Positions 60,994 to 64,000 of a DNA stretch of 64,000 bases are shown piece by piece. The translations under genes were made by a program, and so were the position numbers. Numbering within the stretch: the first letter of the stretch is position 1; the number at the start of each line of letters is the position of its first letter. The DNA comes from Alphaproteobacteria bacterium (lineage in GTDB: Bacteria; Pseudomonadota; Alphaproteobacteria; CADEGL01): the NCBI GenBank assembly GCA_050180485.1, contig JBFXED010000003.1:23654-87653 (forward strand). The letters are read 5' to 3'. Below the pieces are notes generated by a model. The model saw nothing but the letters and a program-made list of their open reading frames with translations, ran no database searches and was not told where the DNA came from.

Positions 60994-63660
60994 ATGAACG
61001 AACCGCGCGACGACGCGACCTTGCAGGATTTCGCCCGCGGCCTGGCACGCTGGGGCGACCGGCCCGCGATCGTCTCCGTTGCGGCGGACGATGCGGTCTC
61101 GCGCTGGACTCACGCGGAACTCTCGCGGTTGGCCTTGTCGCTGGCCACGGGGCTCGCCCATGACGGCGTAAAGCCGAGCGAGGCGGTCGCGATCCTATCA
61201 CCCAACCGGGCGGAATGGATTCTCGCGCGGCTCGCGCTTCTGGAACTGGGTGCTTTGGCCGTGCCGCTCGACGATATGCTGGGCGACGACGAGATAGCAC
61301 GCGGCCTGGCCCGCGCACGCACGCACCGCGTCTTCACAACCCGCGCCTATGTCGAGCGTCTGCGCGGCCTCCCGGACGGCGGCGGCCTCGTGCTCCATCT
61401 CCTCGACGAACCCGACGCGCAAGGGCCGGAGGCCATCGGCTGGCGCCGCCTGCTGCGCGATCCGCAACCGGCGGCGCACAGGGTTTCGCCGGACGCGCCC
61501 GCGTCGCTTTTCTACACATCGGGAACCACGGGCGCGCCCAAGGGTGTGCCGCTCAGCCACCGCAACCTGGTCGCCAACCTGGCGGTCCTGCGCGCGGGGA
61601 ATTTTCTCGGTCCCGACGACCGGGTGATGCTGCCCCTGCCATTGCACCATTCCTATCCGTTCCTGATCGGCATGCTGCTGCCGTTGGCCTATGGCGCGGC
61701 CATCGTGCTGCCCGCGGGGGTCACGGGGCCGGAGATCGCGGCGGCGCTACGCGCGGGCGAGGCCAGTGCGATGGTCGGCGTGCCGCGCCTCTATGAAAGC
61801 CTGGTGGCCGGTATCCAGGCGCGCGTCGCGGCGCGCGGTCCCATCGCGCGCACGATATTCGGCGCGATGCTCAAGCTTTCGCTCGCGGCCCATGACGGCC
61901 TTCGCCTGCGCATCGGCCGCCATCTGTTCGCGAGTCTTCATCGGCAACTCGCGCCGCGCCTGCGCCTTTTGGCCTGCGGCGGCGCATATCTGGAGCCGGA
62001 TATCGAGCGCATGCTGATGGGGCTCGGCTGGCTCGTGCTCACGGGCTATGGCCTGGTCGAGACTACCTCGATCTCGACCTTCAATCCGCTGGACGCGCCG
62101 CGCATCGGCAGCGCGGGCCGCCCGGCGCCTGGCATTCATGTCCGGATCGCGCCCGTGACGGTGGGAGAAGAGCCGTCGGCCGATGGGCTCGGCTCCGAAG
62201 GTCTGGGCGAAGTGCAGATCAAGGGTCCCAATGTCTTCGCGGGCTACTTGAACGACGAAGCCGCCAACCAGGCCGCCTTCACCGAAGACGGCTGGTTCCG
62301 CTCGGGCGATATCGGTCGCCTGGACGAGGACGGCTATCTCCATATCACCGGCCGCGTGAAAGAGCTGATCGTCTTGGCCGGCGGCAAGAACATCTCACCG
62401 GAGAACCTCGAGGCGCATTACGTGCAGGTGCCTTATGTGCGCGAGGTCGCGGTCCTGGAGCGGCGCGGCGCGCTGGTCGCTTTGGTGCGCCCGAACTTGG
62501 ACGCGCTGCGCCAGGCCGGCACCAGCCGCATCGACCAGGCGCTGCGCATGGCGCTGTCCGAATCGGCGCAAAGTCTGCCCTCGTTCCAGCGCCTATCCGG
62601 TTTCGCGCTCGTCAACGAACCCTTGCCGCGCACGCGCCTAGGGAAGTTCCGCCGTCATGCGCTGCGCGCGCTTTACGATGCGGCCGAGGCGGGAGGGCGT
62701 GAGAGCGCCGCGCGCACGCCATCCCCGACAGAGCAGGCCTGGCTCGATTCGTCGCGCGGGCGCGAATTGTGGGCATGGTTGCAGGCGCGTTTCCCCGGCC
62801 GCACCCTCGACCTCGACACAGTGCTGCAGCTCGATCTGGGCGTGGATTCGCTGGCTTGGGTGGAACTGGGGCTTGAGCTGGAGAAGCGCTTCGCCCTCAA
62901 GCCCGACGAGACCATGTTGGCGCGCGTGGTCACGCTCGGCGATCTTTTGCGCGAAGTGGTCGAGGCGCCTGCGGGCGGTGCGCTCGAGACCGCGCCGCCA
63001 GCGGACGAACCCGATTGGTTCGCGCCGCGTCCTGGCCGGCTGACCGCGTTCGGCTTCGTGCTCTATGCGCTCCTCTGGGTGCTGACGCGCATTCTGTTCC
63101 GCATGCGCGTGATGGGGCGCGAACATCTGCCGCGTGACGGCCAAGTCGCCTTCACCCCCAATCATGTGAGCGATCTGGACGTCTTCGTCCTGGTTGCGGC
63201 GCTGCCCTGGGCACGCGCGAAGCAATTGGCCTGGGGTGGCGATGTGGCGCGCCTGTTCGCGACGCCCATCATGCGCCTGATTTCACGTATCGCGGGCGTC
63301 TTTCCCGTCGACGACCGGCGTCCCACGCATTCCATCGCGCTGGCCCGCGCGGCTTTGCGCGCCGGCCGCAGCCTGGTCTGGTTCCCGGAAAGCTGGCGCT
63401 CTCCGGACGGGTCGCTGCAACGTTTCCTGCCCGGCATCGGCCATGTGTTGCGCGATTATCGGGGTCCTGTCGTGCCCGTGCGCATCGCGGGCACCTACGA
63501 GGCCCAACCGCGTGGACGAACATTCCCGCGTCCGACGCCGGTGCAAATTCATTTGGGGGCGCCTCTGTTTGTCCAAACCCGCGCGGACGAAAGCGAAGCG
63601 CAAGCCGCCGGGCGCATCGCACAAGAGCTGCGCGATGCGGTCGAGCGAACGGGCCTTTGA
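60994..63660 (+). CDS. tri-domain fusion: AMP-dependent ligase (acyl-ACP/CoA synthetase-type) + phosphopantetheine carrier domain + LPLAT/PlsC-type acyltransferase
   Basis: 888 aa. Adenylation motifs LFYTSGTTGAPKGV, TGYGLVETTS, WFRSGDIG, GRVKELIVLAGGKNISPENLE. Carrier motif LDLGVDSLAWVELGLELEKRF (DSL serine). Acyltransferase motifs NHVSDLD (HX4D), FPESWRSPDGSL, VVPVRIAG. Confidence 0.85.
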   Translation: MNEPRDDATLQDFARGLARWGDRPAIVSVAADDAVSRWTHAELSRLALSLATGLAHDGVKPSEAVAILSPNRAEWILARLALLELGALAVPLDDMLGDDEIARGLARARTHRVFTTRAYVERLRGLPDGGGLVLHLLDEPDAQGPEAIGWRRLLRDPQPAAHRVSPDAPASLFYTSGTTGAPKGVPLSHRNLVANLAVLRAGNFLGPDDRVMLPLPLHHSYPFLIGMLLPLAYGAAIVLPAGVTGPEIAAALRAGEASAMVGVPRLYESLVAGIQARVAARGPIARTIFGAMLKLSLAAHDGLRLRIGRHLFASLHRQLAPRLRLLACGGAYLEPDIERMLMGLGWLVLTGYGLVETTSISTFNPLDAPRIGSAGRPAPGIHVRIAPVTVGEEPSADGLGSEGLGEVQIKGPNVFAGYLNDEAANQAAFTEDGWFRSGDIGRLDEDGYLHITGRVKELIVLAGGKNISPENLEAHYVQVPYVREVAVLERRGALVALVRPNLDALRQAGTSRIDQALRMALSESAQSLPSFQRLSGFALVNEPLPRTRLGKFRRHALRALYDAAEAGGRESAARTPSPTEQAWLDSSRGRELWAWLQARFPGRTLDLDTVLQLDLGVDSLAWVELGLELEKRFALKPDETMLARVVTLGDLLREVVEAPAGGALETAPPADEPDWFAPRPGRLTAFGFVLYALLWVLTRILFRMRVMGREHLPRDGQVAFTPNHVSDLDVFVLVAALPWARAKQLAWGGDVARLFATPIMRLISRIAGVFPVDDRRPTHSIALARAALRAGRSLVWFPESWRSPDGSLQRFLPGIGHVLRDYRGPVVPVRIAGTYEAQPRGRTFPRPTPVQIHLGAPLFVQTRADESEAQAAGRIAQELRDAVERTGL

Positions 63661-63667
63661 AGGGCGC

Positions 63668-64000
63668 TCAATGTGCGCCGCAGTCGCGCAGGGACGTGTC
63701 CAGGATGGCGAGGGAGGAATCGATCTCTTCGCGCGTGATGGTCAAGGGCGGCGCCAGGCGCCAGACCGCGTTCGCGCCGCCGGCCTTGTTGATGTTGAGG
63801 CCGAGCTCCAGGCAACGCGCCGTCGCCTTGAGGATCAGGTCGATGGCCGGCTTCTTGGTGAAGCGGTCCTCCACCAGTTCGACGCCGAGCAGAAGCCCGC
63901 GGCCGCGCACGTCGCCGATCACCTCATAACGCTGGCGCAATTCGTCGAGCCCCGCGCGCAAATAAGCACCCATTTCGCGCGCGCGGTCGGCCAGCCGTTC
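63668..64000 (-). CDS. class III (omega) aminotransferase, C-terminal part; gene continues past the window end
   Basis: C-terminal region YEVIGDVRGRGLLLGVELV...KAGGANAVWRLAPPLTITREEID is typical of AT-III enzymes. Open to position 64000. Confidence 0.65.
   Translation of the reverse strand, partial: ERLADRAREMGAYLRAGLDELRQRYEVIGDVRGRGLLLGVELVEDRFTKKPAIDLILKATARCLELGLNINKAGGANAVWRLAPPLTITREEIDSSLAILDTSLRDCGAH

Overview
High-GC (~65-68%) proteobacterial chromosomal segment with alphaproteobacterial-looking gene content (IalB, DUF1127, DUF883, PhhB, nine colinear ccm genes). Coding is dense on both strands, with about 70 CDS and one tRNA-Ala(CGC). I see no rRNA, CRISPR array, transposase, integrase or prophage remnant, and no recognisable named defence system. 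Most genes are housekeeping or metabolic: tesA-like esterase, ThpR, LMW-PTP, UDG, PhhB, acetoacetyl-CoA synthetase, aminotransferases, tandem GSTs, LysR, two EamA transporters, tandem DinB paralogs, quinone oxidoreductase, asparaginase II, RlmN, ArgG, an OtsB/OtsA/GH15 trehalose cluster, FolD, YggT/YggU, hybrid GAF histidine kinase, crotonase plus acyl-CoA ligase, complete ccmABCDEFGHI, LivK-like SBP, APC permease, flavodoxin, AcnA, nitroreductase, Kup and Pcm. The best candidates for undescribed biology are: (1) a tightly coupled three-gene operon of a zincin-like metallopeptidase, an 817-aa Lon-family Ser-Lys protease with a large AAA-like N-domain, and a tandem UspA; (2) an 888-aa single-polypeptide fusion of AMP-dependent ligase, phosphopantetheine carrier domain and lysophospholipid-type acyltransferase; (3) two tandem paralogous polytopic membrane proteins, one of them with markedly lower GC; (4) a signal-peptide Gly/Ala/Thr-rich low-complexity secreted protein flanked by a terminator and a perfect 13-bp-stem inverted repeat; (5) a glycine-zipper lipoprotein gene broken by a frameshift and an in-frame TAG. 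Several intrinsic terminators, a highly structured spacer upstream of ccmA, an AT-rich palindrome upstream of kup and two cases of head-to-head overlapping start codons are also noted. All coordinates come from the supplied ORF track plus manual reading and may be off by 1 nt; I found one unexplained 1-nt disagreement between my position count and the track near 18534-18538. All functional calls come from motif and family recognition by eye, with no database search.
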